Assembly: GCA_963676835.2 (NCBI GenBank)
Contig: CAXXFF010000002.1
Location: forward strand, 1,792,001 to 1,856,000
Origin: Marispirochaeta sp.
GTDB taxonomy: Bacteria; Spirochaetota; Spirochaetia; JC444; Marispirochaetaceae
Direction: 5' to 3'
Length of the DNA stretch: 64,000 bases
The position numbers and the translations under genes are program-made. How positions within the stretch are numbered: position 1 is the stretch's first letter; each line of letters starts with the position of its first letter. Positions 38,962 through 48,760 of this stretch are shown piece by piece. The notes beneath the pieces are model-generated. The model was not told the DNA's origin. It made no database searches and worked only from the letters and a program-made list of their open reading frames with translations.

Positions 38962-39909
38962 ATGACGGTTCTTAAAAAGATTGATTCAGCTTTAGGCAGG
39001 CAGCTGATGCTGCTGAACATCCTGACACTTTTTATCGGCCTCCTCCTGCCTGGGCTGTTTTCTGGGCTTACCCCCTATCTACCCTATATCCTCTCGACCC
39101 TGGTTCTTATAGTGGGGACAAACTGCACCCTTGAGAGCTTTCGCAGTATTGTTCAGGCGCCGAAAAGTTTTTTTCTCTCCCTGGCATTTATCTACCTGCT
39201 TATGCCGGTACTGGGATTCGGGGTAGGTTCGCTGTTTTACCCGGATAAACCCCTCTATGCCTTCGGCACCTTTCTTACTGCAGTAACGCCTGTGGCGCTG
39301 ACATCCATGGTCTGGACCGGCCTTGCGGGAGGAAATCTCGCCCTGGCTCTGGCTCTTGTCGCTCTGGTAACTGTGTTCAGCGGCATAAATATCCCCTTTG
39401 AACTATCCCTGTTTATGGGCACTGTGGTTGAGTTTGATGCTTGGGCTCTGACGGTTAAACTTGTGGTCACCATCGTGGTGCCGGTGATCTTCGGAATAGG
39501 TGTAAAGCATTATTCCGGCGAAAGGATCGAAAAGTACCGGCCTGTTCTGGGAGTGCTTACCAAGATTCTCATGCTGACGATTATGACTGTTAACGGCGCT
39601 GTATTAAGACCCTATGTGGATGATCTCGGGATGGACACCATCCGGCTGCTTCTGGTGGCTGCCTTTCATATGCTGCTGAATTTTTCCATTACCATGGCGG
39701 TGGGTGGATTTGTTATCGGTTTTCGCAACAGCGCCATGCCTCCGGTGGTATATGCATCCTCCATGAAAAACAATGCCGCAGGGGTGGTTATTGCCCTCAA
39801 CTATTTTCACCCTGCCGTGGCGCTGCCGGTTGTATTCAGTATGATGGCCCAGCAGTTCTGGGCAGGAGTCTTCTACCAGATTTTCCGCCGCCTGCGGGGG
39901 GATAATTGA
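38962..39909 (+). CDS. Bile acid:sodium symporter (BASS) family transporter, paralog 1
   Basis: TPVALTSMVWT.LAGGNLALAL, SMKNN motif; about 9-10 TM segments. Confidence 0.88.
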   Translation: MTVLKKIDSALGRQLMLLNILTLFIGLLLPGLFSGLTPYLPYILSTLVLIVGTNCTLESFRSIVQAPKSFFLSLAFIYLLMPVLGFGVGSLFYPDKPLYAFGTFLTAVTPVALTSMVWTGLAGGNLALALALVALVTVFSGINIPFELSLFMGTVVEFDAWALTVKLVVTIVVPVIFGIGVKHYSGERIEKYRPVLGVLTKILMLTIMTVNGAVLRPYVDDLGMDTIRLLLVAAFHMLLNFSITMAVGGFVIGFRNSAMPPVVYASSMKNNAAGVVIALNYFHPAVALPVVFSMMAQQFWAGVFYQIFRRLRGDN

Positions 39910-40868
39910 TGTCATCCCTTTCCAGATGGGCAGGGACTGCTAATGAAGTTTTCAACAAGTATATTCTTCTTTTTATTCTGTCATCTCTTATAACAGGCTT
40001 TCTTTTCGCTGATTTTTTTTCACCATATGCAGGCAGTCTTTCTTACATGCTTATGTTTATGATTTTTGTTATGGGTACTGCCTGTACCTTTGAAAGTCTG
40101 AGAAGTATTGTCAAAGCACCGGGAGGATTTTTTCTCGGTATTCTTATTGTGTACCTGGTTCTGCCGCTTATAGGCTACACTATGGGCGCGGTGTTCTGGC
40201 AGAACAATCCCTCTTACGCCGTAGGCCATTTTCTCCTTGCCATTACACCCGTGGCAATAACTTCCATGATCTGGACAGGATTTGCCGGAGGAAACATTGC
40301 CCTCGCCCTTGCGCTGGTGGCAGTTGCAACGGTTTTCAGCGGCTTCTCAATTCCTTCTTTTATGGCTCTCTTTATGGGGAAGATTGTCGAGTTCGATGCC
40401 GGCTCACTTACTATGAATCTGGTACATATGATTGTCGGTCCTGTGTTTGTTGGAATCCTGTTGAGAAACAGGGCTCCGTTATTTACGGTAAAGGCGGGCC
40501 CCTTTTTGAATCTGGCGACAAAACTGATGATGGTGGCAATTATTTGCGTCAATGGTGCTGCTGTCCAACCCTATCTGGCTGACTTTAACCTATCGCTTCT
40601 GAAGCTGTTGCTGGTGGTATTTCTACATATGATGCTGAATTACACTGCTTCCTTCAGCATTGCTTTTCTGGTCCTTGGGCGGCGAAGTCCCGATCTATCT
40701 CCGGTTATATTTGCTTCATCAATGAAGAATACCGTTGCTGGAATTGTCATCGGGTTGAAATTCTTCGGCCCTGCAGTGGCACTGCCGGTAATAATGTGCA
40801 TTTTCATGCAGCAAATGGCTGCCGGATTCTTCTTCCGGCTTTTGAAAAGATTCAGTGCTGTTCATTAA
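39909..40868 (+). CDS. BASS family transporter, paralog 2
   Basis: TPVAITSMIWT.FAGGNIALAL, SMKNT; TGATG overlap with paralog 1. Confidence 0.88.
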   Translation: MSSLSRWAGTANEVFNKYILLFILSSLITGFLFADFFSPYAGSLSYMLMFMIFVMGTACTFESLRSIVKAPGGFFLGILIVYLVLPLIGYTMGAVFWQNNPSYAVGHFLLAITPVAITSMIWTGFAGGNIALALALVAVATVFSGFSIPSFMALFMGKIVEFDAGSLTMNLVHMIVGPVFVGILLRNRAPLFTVKAGPFLNLATKLMMVAIICVNGAAVQPYLADFNLSLLKLLLVVFLHMMLNYTASFSIAFLVLGRRSPDLSPVIFASSMKNTVAGIVIGLKFFGPAVALPVIMCIFMQQMAAGFFFRLLKRFSAVH

Positions 40869-40942
40869 AAGTGGTTCTCTGTGTTCTGCAATCCTGCGTT
40901 CACGCTTCGGGGCTGCCTTTTTGCCCGCTTCAGCAGCTTTTT

Positions 40943-41983
40943 TCAGCCCCAGACGCCGCTTTCAAGAAAGCCCGCGTACTCTTTCCGTCGGGTAACCAGC
41001 AGGTTGCGTATTGGCAGGTCGTAGGGGCAGCGTTTTTCACATAAACCGCATTTTGTACAGTTTTCGGCTTTTGCCATGGCCCCGTCGAGAAGTGCTCTGG
41101 TCTTTTCCAGGGGCATTCTGCGGGTCATGCTCTGGGAGGGCAGCACCATGGATATGGGAATCCCTTCCGGACATGGCTGACAGTAGTCGCAGCGGTGGCA
41201 CCAGCTGCTGCCGAGCTCCTTCCGTACTGCCTCCATCTCTTCTGTTTCTGCTGTAGAAAGGGGTGCGGTGTCCCCGTAGATATCCAGAATCTCCCGCATC
41301 TGGGCGGGCTGTTCAATTCCCGGGTCCGGGACTATTCCAGGATGCTGACGCAGGTAGCGGAAACAGAGCCGGGCATTATCCAGCAGCCCTCCGCCCAGGG
41401 GTTTCATGCAGATAAAGCCCATATCCATCTCCCGGGCCAGGGGAAGAAGTACTTTTTCCACAGCGGTATCCACAAAATTGAATGGCAGCTGGGTTACTTC
41501 GAAGAGCCCGGTGCGCATCATTTTTTCCGCCGTCTCCAGACTGTGGGCGCTGAAGGCCGGGTGTTTTATCAGTCCTTCTTCCACCGCCTGCTGCATGCCT
41601 TCAAAGGCGCCGCCTTTGCCCATAACAGCCTGCATCTTCTTGTCGCCGCTTACGTTATGATGCTGGTAGATATCCAGATAATCTGTCTTCAGCAGGGTAA
41701 GGCTTTTCTCAACATCCTTTAAAAAGGTATCCCGGTCGGTGGCAGGAGACTTTGATGCAAGGACCAGAGATTCACGGGGCAAGTCCGCAATGGCTTTGCC
41801 TATTCTCTCTTCGCTGGTGGTATAGGCCCGGGCGGTATCGATAAAGTTGACCCCCATTCCGATGATATCCTGTACAACCTGAATTGCCTCTGCTTCCGAC
41901 AGCCTCTGTATGGGGATGCCTCCAAAGGCGATTTCGCTTACCATCAGTTCAGTTTTTCCCAGGCGTACCTTGTTCATTGCCAT
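40943..41983 (-). CDS. Aldo/keto reductase with C-terminal 4Fe-4S dicluster
   Basis: FIDTARAY..SE, MKPLGGG, CHRCDYCQPCP, CTKCGLCEKRCP. Confidence 0.93.
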   Translation of the reverse strand: MAMNKVRLGKTELMVSEIAFGGIPIQRLSEAEAIQVVQDIIGMGVNFIDTARAYTTSEERIGKAIADLPRESLVLASKSPATDRDTFLKDVEKSLTLLKTDYLDIYQHHNVSGDKKMQAVMGKGGAFEGMQQAVEEGLIKHPAFSAHSLETAEKMMRTGLFEVTQLPFNFVDTAVEKVLLPLAREMDMGFICMKPLGGGLLDNARLCFRYLRQHPGIVPDPGIEQPAQMREILDIYGDTAPLSTAETEEMEAVRKELGSSWCHRCDYCQPCPEGIPISMVLPSQSMTRRMPLEKTRALLDGAMAKAENCTKCGLCEKRCPYDLPIRNLLVTRRKEYAGFLESGVWG

Positions 41984-42067
41984 CTCCTGCTGTGTAATTC
42001 CGCTATAGCATACACCGGGATTTCTGAGTTGTCAAAATTAAGAATGAAAGTGTGGAAGCTTAAAATG

Positions 42068-42095
42068 AAAAAACCCCGGCCTTTTACAGCCGGGG
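42068..42095 (-). terminator. Intrinsic terminator downstream of the lipoprotein gene
   Basis: CCCCGGC-N8-GCCGGGG stem with a flanking A-tract on plus (U-tract on minus). Confidence 0.7.
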
Positions 42096-42144
42096 GGAAG
42101 GAGCCTGGCGTCGGTCCACCATCGGCGCCGGGTTTAGATACTGC

Positions 42145-42588
42145 TTAAGCGTGCCACTGAAGGTACCAGCCTGAGTCGGGGTCGGCGGTATCATCCAGAG
42201 AGGTATGCAGATCGGATTCGTCATCACTGGTGTAAGCGGAGACTGCAAAGTCGTAGTCTCCCATGGTAAGCAGGGTTTCATCGATGGTTATCTGGGGATC
42301 ATCTGAAAGGGCTGTGCTTGAAAGAAGATTCCAGCTTGTTTCGCCATGGGTTCTGTAGTAAACATGGTAGCCTTCCAGGGTTCCTGTGTAATCACTCTGG
42401 TCTGCAGGATTCCAGGCCAGAGTAAAAGAATCGGAGGTAACAACAAAGGCTGCGATATCGGCGGCACCTGAAGTAACCGCATCCGGGTCTATTGCCATGG
42501 GGGGTTCCACGCATGCGCTGAACATGGTAATTGCAGCGAAAGTAATCAGAATACGTTTTACTATAGTTCCCATTGATATCTTTTTCAT
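42145..42588 (-). CDS. Small lipoprotein with fibronectin type III-like domain
   Basis: Lipobox TMFSAC; SFTLAW.P, GYHVYYR, YDFAVSAY; GGGAGG RBS. Confidence 0.8.
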   Translation of the reverse strand: MKKISMGTIVKRILITFAAITMFSACVEPPMAIDPDAVTSGAADIAAFVVTSDSFTLAWNPADQSDYTGTLEGYHVYYRTHGETSWNLLSSTALSDDPQITIDETLLTMGDYDFAVSAYTSDDESDLHTSLDDTADPDSGWYLQWHA

Positions 42589-42686
42589 AACCCCTCCCAG
42601 GGTAAAAGGCCGCATCTCACCCGTCACAGCATTCAGCTGCTTTTTTGCCATCAGGCAAGCGGCTTAGTTCTCTGTAAAAAGACTAG

Positions 42687-42713
42687 TTATCGGCCTTTTC
42701 GGCTAATACTTGA
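42687..42713 (-). promoter_or_regulatory. Sigma-28 (FliA)-type promoter
   Basis: TCAA-N15-GCCGATAA about 100 nt upstream of the lipoprotein start. Confidence 0.7.
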
Positions 42714-42975
42714 GACTTAGCTTTTTATGCTTTTTGTCTCATGTTCCCAGCTTACGTAAAATGAATATAGAACGCTTTCTTCCAGTAATCAGGGAAAAAC
42801 ATGAAAAAAATGGAAAAAATAATATTTTTCTAGATAAAAAGTACTACTCAGGTGTGATGCGCGACTAGTTAAGAGGTAGTATTCAATATCTGGTAAGCTT
42901 CAACTTGTTGGAACGGTTCAATTGTGGCATACTGAAGCGGCTGATACACTACTTAATAACAAAAGGAAAGGCAGT

Positions 42976-44154
42976 ATGAACAATTTTGAATGGTCAAATC
43001 CTACAAACATAATTTTCGGGAAGGATACGGAAAAGCAGGTCGGACAGGCGGTTTCCGGATATTCCAAATCCATTCTTATCCATTACGGCAGTGACCGTAT
43101 AAAGAAAAACGGGCTTTTTGATAAAGTAACCGCATCGCTGGAAGCTGAGGGAATCCGCTGGATGGAACTTGGCGGAGTAAAACCGAATCCCCGGCTCGGG
43201 CTGGTGAAGGAAGGGATTGAGATCTGCCGCAAGAATAATCTTGATTTTATTCTGGCCATCGGAGGTGGAAGTGTTATCGATTCCTCAAAAGCTATCGGTG
43301 TTGGAGTTGTTGATGACGGGGATATCTGGGATTTCTTTATCGGAAAGCGCATCCCGGTAAAAACCCTTCCGGTTGCATCTATCCTTACCATTCCGGCTGC
43401 CGGAAGCGAGGCATCCAAAAGCTGTGTAATAACCAAAGAAGAGGGCTGGTATAAACGGCCTATCAACGAGAATGTCATTAAGCCGGTGTTTGCCATCATG
43501 AACCCCGAGCTGACCTACACGCTGCCCCATAACCAGACGGTAAATGGTGTGGCTGACATTATGGCCCACATTATTGAGCGTTACTTCACTTCGGTTAAAA
43601 ATGTCGATCTTACCGACCGGATGTGCGAAGGGGTGCTGAAGGCAGTTATCGACAATGCTCCCATACTCGTTGACGAGCCCGATAATTATGCTGCCCGGGC
43701 GGAGATTATGTGGGCCTCAACCCTTGCGCATAATGACCTTCTCAGCACCGGACGTATCGGGGACTGGGGATCTCACCAGATAGAGCATGAGCTCTCTGCA
43801 ATCTACGATGTGGCCCATGGTGCAGGTCTTGCCGTTATTCTTCCCGCCTGGATGAAATACGCCTACAAGCATGATGTTAAACTTTTTGTGAAGTTTGCCG
43901 TACGGGTATGGAATGTGGACGAACGTTTTGATGATCCGGAACGTACTGCGCTTGAAGGCATAGAGCGGATGAAGTCTTTCTTCTCATCCATCGGCTTACC
44001 TGTAACACTGCAGGAACTGGGAATCCCCACAGAAGAAGCTAAAATCGATGAGATGGTGAAGAAAGCCTTCGAAGAGCGGGCCGGGGGAATCGGAAACTTC
44101 CTTTCTCTTAAAGAGAAGGATGTAAAAGCAATTTTAATGCTTGCAGTTGAATAA
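42976..44154 (+). CDS. Iron-containing alcohol dehydrogenase (butanol dehydrogenase-like)
   Basis: NPTNIIFGK, GGVKPNP, GGGSVIDSSK, DWGSHQIEHELSA, HGAGLA. Confidence 0.94.
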   Translation: MNNFEWSNPTNIIFGKDTEKQVGQAVSGYSKSILIHYGSDRIKKNGLFDKVTASLEAEGIRWMELGGVKPNPRLGLVKEGIEICRKNNLDFILAIGGGSVIDSSKAIGVGVVDDGDIWDFFIGKRIPVKTLPVASILTIPAAGSEASKSCVITKEEGWYKRPINENVIKPVFAIMNPELTYTLPHNQTVNGVADIMAHIIERYFTSVKNVDLTDRMCEGVLKAVIDNAPILVDEPDNYAARAEIMWASTLAHNDLLSTGRIGDWGSHQIEHELSAIYDVAHGAGLAVILPAWMKYAYKHDVKLFVKFAVRVWNVDERFDDPERTALEGIERMKSFFSSIGLPVTLQELGIPTEEAKIDEMVKKAFEERAGGIGNFLSLKEKDVKAILMLAVE

Positions 44155-44177
44155 AGACCTCTGATACAGGTTTCCCG

Positions 44178-44205
44178 ATGGTCCTCCCCACAGGAGGACC
44201 ATTTT
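44178..44205 (+). terminator. Intrinsic terminator interrupted by the intron
   Basis: ATGGTCCTCC-CCACA-GGAGGACCAT-TTT; the intron starts immediately afterwards. Confidence 0.8.
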
Positions 44206-46293
44206 GTTTGCCCAGCGAAGCTGGCAAACCCGGTATCCCGAGAGAAGGATACGCCGCCCCGATCAGGGGGAAGGAAATCCGAATTGCAAGGGCGTTGCTG
44301 GTAACGGCAGGGTCTGAAGGAAGCAATAGGAAGTAAACGGTACGTAGCGAGAGCGAACCTGATACGGCAATAATGGGGGGTACCCTTGCAAAATGTGGGA
44401 AAGCCCGAAACCTGATCAGCCCATTAGTGTGATTGAGGACGGAATCGTTTACGGGGAGCCAGGAAAGTAACTGGGGAAGTCCTGTAGTGTCCCGGACAGC
44501 CGGGAAGGGCGAAACAAGGTGAGAGCCAAGGATTGCCTGATACATTGCAGGATGGCAGATGAAGCCGTAGTAGTGACAAAATCCCGGCCAGAGAAAGCTG
44601 GTAACAGACTGGAGGGTAAAACCGGGATGACGCTGTATTGCGATTACAGTGGGGCGACGGAAAAGCCAAAAGCGCCGGAGCTTGCGAAGGGCTGAAGTTC
44701 AAAAGAAGATTACCGGAGGGTCTTGAGAAATAAAACTGCAGACACAATCTGACTGACGAGTTGGGGTCTTCACAACTCTGGTAAACGCTGGAAAGCGTGA
44801 GCTGGGAAGTGAAACCGTCTTAAACCGGAGTAATTGTGAATGGCTTTCGGATATTGCCGAATGGATAGAAACCGGAAGCCGCATGATGAATAACACGGGC
44901 AGTTGCATGGAACAGGATATGAAGGTAATGTGATGACCAGACGAGTGTACTACAGCCTGTACGATAGAATGCTGCAAGAGAAAAGTCTGAATGAAGCATT
45001 CAAGCGTGTAAAAGCTGCTGGAGGAACTGGCGGGATAGATCGTCAGGATATAGCAGACTTTGAGCGTGAGTTGGGAAGTAACCTGCGAAATCTGGTAGAG
45101 GAACTGAGGGAGAAAAGCTATCGGCCGTTACCGGTAAAACGGGTGGAAATCCCGAAGGGAAACGGAAAAATCCGAAAGCTTGGAATCCCGGCGGTTCGAG
45201 ACAGGGTGGTGCAACAGGCACTGCTGACAATTCTGCAGCCGATCTATGAAGAAGACTTTCACCCTTCAAGTTACGGGTATCGCCCGGGACGGAGCTGTCA
45301 TCATGCAATCCGCAAAGCCGAGATGTTTATACGGAAGTATGAGCTCGATCATGTTGTGGATATGGATCTTTCCCGCTGCTTTGACACGCTGAATCATGAA
45401 ATGATAATCAGGTTTATGAGGAAGCGTGTTACCGACGGGAGTGTCCTGTCATTGGTGACTATGTTTCTGAGAAGCGGCGTGATGACCGGGAACTGGTTTG
45501 AAGACGTGAAAGAGGGAAGCCCACAGGGGGGAGTGATAAGTCCGCTGTTAGCGAATATTTATCTGAATGAGTTTGATCAGTACATGATGAAACGGAACTA
45601 CCGGATAGTGCGCTATGCTGACGACATTCTAATCTTATGCGGCTCGCAACGATCGGCGGAACATGCACTGGAAGTTGCAACAGACTATCTGGAAAACAGG
45701 CTTAAACTTACGGTAAACAGGGAAAAGACTCACATCACGCATAGCCGTGAAGGAGTTAAGTTCCTGGGGGTGGAGATTCGGGAAACCTATACGAAAGTAC
45801 AGGGTAAGAAAATCAAATCCTTCAAGGAAAAAGTGAGAAGCCTGACGAAGAAAACCCAGGGCATGAACCTTGAGATGGTAATACGGCGGCTGAATCCGGT
45901 ACTCAGAGGATTTGCCAACTATTTCCGCATTGCCAACTGCAGAACAGTATTTCGCCGCCTGATGGAGTGGATCAGGAGAAGGTTGAGAGCAATACAAATG
46001 GCGCTGTGGAAAAAACCTGGCCGATTGCATCGTCGCCTTAGGCAGATGGGTCATAAAGGAAACTTTCTCAATATCCGGATGTCATGCTGGCGAAACTCAA
46101 ACAGTGTATACGCCTGCATGGCTATGCCGAATATGTGGTTTCAAGACCTTGGCCTGTATTTTATGACGGACGCTCACCCGGTAACTATCGTTCCTGTATA
46201 GGAGTATTTTGAACAGGAGCCGTATACGAGGCCCGTACGTACGGTTCTGTGAGAGGGATGTAGCGGTGAATTCACCGCTGCACCCTACTTAAT
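44206..46293 (+). mobile_element. Group II intron (about 2.09 kb), apparently full length
   Basis: 5' GTTTGCCC; RT ORF; domain V GAGCCGTATACG..CGTACGTACGGTTC (46217-46247); domain VI ending CCCTACTTAAT. Boundaries are inferred. Confidence 0.9.
44933..46201 (+). CDS. ltrA: Group II intron reverse transcriptase/maturase (no endonuclease domain)
   Basis: GGID, RKLGIPAVRDRVVQ, PQGGVISPLLANIYL, RYADD, domain X LNPVLRGFANYF. Confidence 0.96.
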   Translation: MTRRVYYSLYDRMLQEKSLNEAFKRVKAAGGTGGIDRQDIADFERELGSNLRNLVEELREKSYRPLPVKRVEIPKGNGKIRKLGIPAVRDRVVQQALLTILQPIYEEDFHPSSYGYRPGRSCHHAIRKAEMFIRKYELDHVVDMDLSRCFDTLNHEMIIRFMRKRVTDGSVLSLVTMFLRSGVMTGNWFEDVKEGSPQGGVISPLLANIYLNEFDQYMMKRNYRIVRYADDILILCGSQRSAEHALEVATDYLENRLKLTVNREKTHITHSREGVKFLGVEIRETYTKVQGKKIKSFKEKVRSLTKKTQGMNLEMVIRRLNPVLRGFANYFRIANCRTVFRRLMEWIRRRLRAIQMALWKKPGRLHRRLRQMGHKGNFLNIRMSCWRNSNSVYACMAMPNMWFQDLGLYFMTDAHPVTIVPV

Positions 46294-46306
46294 TGTATAT
46301 GTGCCT

Positions 46307-46606
46307 TTAAAGAACATCCTTGAGGCCGGCGGCGGCACTGTATATGCATCCTGCACCGCTGATATAGGCGCAGACCCGGAGGGTTTCAGTAATTTCCTCT
46401 TTTGTTGCTCCGGCTTCAAGGGCCTGCAGGGCAAGGGAGCGGATACCATTTACGGCACTATGAGTTACATCAATGGCCAGGGCTATAAGGAGTTTGTCCT
46501 TTTTGCTTAAGGCTCCCTGTTCAAAGGCAAGATCTCTGCCTTGCTGTACAAACTCGAATAATTTACTGTCATTTTCTTCTATGGGCTGAAGCGGGTTTGC
46601 TGCCAT
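46307..46606 (-). CDS. Carboxymuconolactone decarboxylase (CMD/AhpD-like) protein
   Basis: GALSKKDKLLIALAI, ALEAGATKEEI.E.L. Confidence 0.85.
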   Translation of the reverse strand: MAANPLQPIEENDSKLFEFVQQGRDLAFEQGALSKKDKLLIALAIDVTHSAVNGIRSLALQALEAGATKEEITETLRVCAYISGAGCIYSAAAGLKDVL

Positions 46607-46719
46607 GGTATCTCCTCATGTCTGGTGCGTATTGAAATCAGGGTAATGTAAATCCACAGCTGGAACAAGTATGAAATAGTGCACTGGCAGTGTACTTCCG
46701 GGCATGGTATTCTTCTTTT

Positions 46720-48711
46720 ATGTACAGAAAAATAATCCTTTTAAGTCTTCTCCTTGCCGCGGCAATTCCCGCGGTCAGTGCCGGGGAAGGCGCAGCAGAA
46801 AACAGCACAGGTATAAACCGGACTTCAACCAGCCTGCCTTTAACCCGGGTTACCCTGTATACCGCCGGACTTGCCCAGATGGTGCATGAAACCTCTGTTA
46901 ACGGGAATCAGGTTCTCAGTCTGTATGTTGATCCTGCAGATATTAATGATCTTCTCAAGAGTATGGTCCTGGAGGATTTTGACGGCGGCTCCGTAGAGGC
47001 TGTCAGTTTTGAATCTTCAGACCCCCTGTCGGTAAGTCTCGGAGATCTGAGACTGAATCCTGCGGGTGCGCCGGATCTGGCGGATTTTCTTGAGCGGTCC
47101 CAGGGAGAAACCCTGAGAGTTATCTCCGGCGGAGCTCTGCGCAGTTCAGGCAGGGTCTTCAGTGTTGAACGCTTTACCCGGGATGAGCAGCCCCGGATCC
47201 GTCTGAATCTGCTTGGACCCGAAGGGCTTCAGTCCCTTGTTCTTGGCGATGACGATTCGCTTCTCTATGAAGACCCGGTGCTGCAGGCGGAACTGGAGCA
47301 GGGGCTGAACCTGATAGCCGACAGCAGGCGTAAATCTGTAAGGCGGGTAGATATCTTATTTACCGGTACAGGCACCCGTCGTATTCGAATCAGTTATATA
47401 CGCGCAGTCCCGCTCTGGAAAACAAGCTACCGTGCTGTTGTTGATGCTGAAGGCAGGGCCCGCCTTGAAGGATGGGCCCTGGTTCAGAATACCGGAGGCA
47501 TGCCCTGGGACAATGTGCAGCTCTCTTTTGTTGCCGGAAGCCCCAATGCCTTTACCATGGATCTTGCAACCCCCAGCTATGTTCACCGCAGTGAAGTGGA
47601 AATATCAGCTGCCCGGCCTTTGGGGCCGACAGAGTATGCCAAAGGTGTTTCTCCTCTGACCGATGCGCCTATGCGATCCAGGGCGGAATCGGCAGGAGCT
47701 TTTGATGACTCCTTTTTTGAAGCTGAAGAACTTGCCATGGCTCCCGCTCCGGTTGAAGCCCGGGCCGGAGGAGTGCGTCAGGGAAACTTTTACCGTTATG
47801 AGGTAAAGGGAACAGTCAGTGTTCCCTCCAGATCATCTGCCATGATTCCCATCCTGGTTACAGAAAATACAGGGGAGGGTATCGGCATCTATGATCCTGA
47901 GTACAATGTGGTATTTAAAGGACTGCAGCTGGAAAACAGCTCGGATGCTCACTGGGCCGCCGGTCCTGTCAGTGTCTTTGAGGGACGCAGCTACGGCGGG
48001 GATGCCCTCCTTCCCGATATGATTCCCGGAAGCAGCCGGATGCTCAATTACGCCCTGCATGGATCCCTTGAGGTTGATAAACAGCAGAAAGGTGAACCAT
48101 CACGAATAACCGCCCTGAAGATAGCCAACGGGGTTATCCAGCGCAGTGACAAAATGGTACGTGAAACGATCTACACCATTAAAGGCGAAGAGAAAGAGCT
48201 CATTCTCATTCACCACAAAGAGAGCGGCTGGCGGTTAACTGATCATCCGGAGATACAGGATGAGACCGACGGCAGCTACCGTTTTGTACTTACCAGCTGG
48301 GATAATCCGGTATCTGTCCGGGAGGAACGAATATACTCCCGCAGTTACAGCCTGCTGAATCTTAAAGATGATGACATCCGGGTTTTTCTCAACTGGGAAA
48401 ATACCTCTGTGCAAATGGTCCGGGCCCTGGAGCATTTGAGTGAGCTGCGGGGGAAGGTTGAGAACCTGCGCCGGGAAGCTGAAACTCTTGAGGGGGCCCT
48501 TGCTTCAATTGAGCGGGATCAGAACAGGGTGCGTGAAAATATGCGGGTGCTGGACAAGGAGAGTTCCCTGTTCAGGCAGTACTCCCAGAGGCTTGGGGAC
48601 CAGGAAGAGGAGATCGATCGTCTTAACCGCAGTATTGAGACTCTCAGAGAAAACCGTGCTGCAGCCTCAAAAGAGCTGGCCGATTATGTTGAAGGGCTGG
48701 AGATCAACTGA
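46720..48711 (+). CDS. Secreted DUF4139-type protein
   Basis: Signal peptide; LP.TRVTLY..G, NDLLKSM, WKTSYR, LEGWALVQN.....W..V.L; C-terminal coiled coil. Confidence 0.8.
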   Translation: MYRKIILLSLLLAAAIPAVSAGEGAAENSTGINRTSTSLPLTRVTLYTAGLAQMVHETSVNGNQVLSLYVDPADINDLLKSMVLEDFDGGSVEAVSFESSDPLSVSLGDLRLNPAGAPDLADFLERSQGETLRVISGGALRSSGRVFSVERFTRDEQPRIRLNLLGPEGLQSLVLGDDDSLLYEDPVLQAELEQGLNLIADSRRKSVRRVDILFTGTGTRRIRISYIRAVPLWKTSYRAVVDAEGRARLEGWALVQNTGGMPWDNVQLSFVAGSPNAFTMDLATPSYVHRSEVEISAARPLGPTEYAKGVSPLTDAPMRSRAESAGAFDDSFFEAEELAMAPAPVEARAGGVRQGNFYRYEVKGTVSVPSRSSAMIPILVTENTGEGIGIYDPEYNVVFKGLQLENSSDAHWAAGPVSVFEGRSYGGDALLPDMIPGSSRMLNYALHGSLEVDKQQKGEPSRITALKIANGVIQRSDKMVRETIYTIKGEEKELILIHHKESGWRLTDHPEIQDETDGSYRFVLTSWDNPVSVREERIYSRSYSLLNLKDDDIRVFLNWENTSVQMVRALEHLSELRGKVENLRREAETLEGALASIERDQNRVRENMRVLDKESSLFRQYSQRLGDQEEEIDRLNRSIETLRENRAAASKELADYVEGLEIN

Positions 48712-48717
48712 TTGAGA

Positions 48718-48740
48718 AAGCCGGCCTTCATGGCCGGCTT
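48718..48740. terminator. Hairpin between convergent genes
   Basis: AAGCCGGCC-TTCAT-GGCCGGCTT. Confidence 0.65.
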
Positions 48741-48760
48741 GCAGATACCGGATAGCGATT

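Noticed and set aside
44108..44977. Minus-strand ORFs in the intron 5' region
   Set aside because: They overlap the ribozyme region and show no protein motifs.
44903..46201. RT as a retron, DGR or anti-phage RT
   Set aside because: Maturase domain X and ribozyme domains V and VI identify a group II intron.
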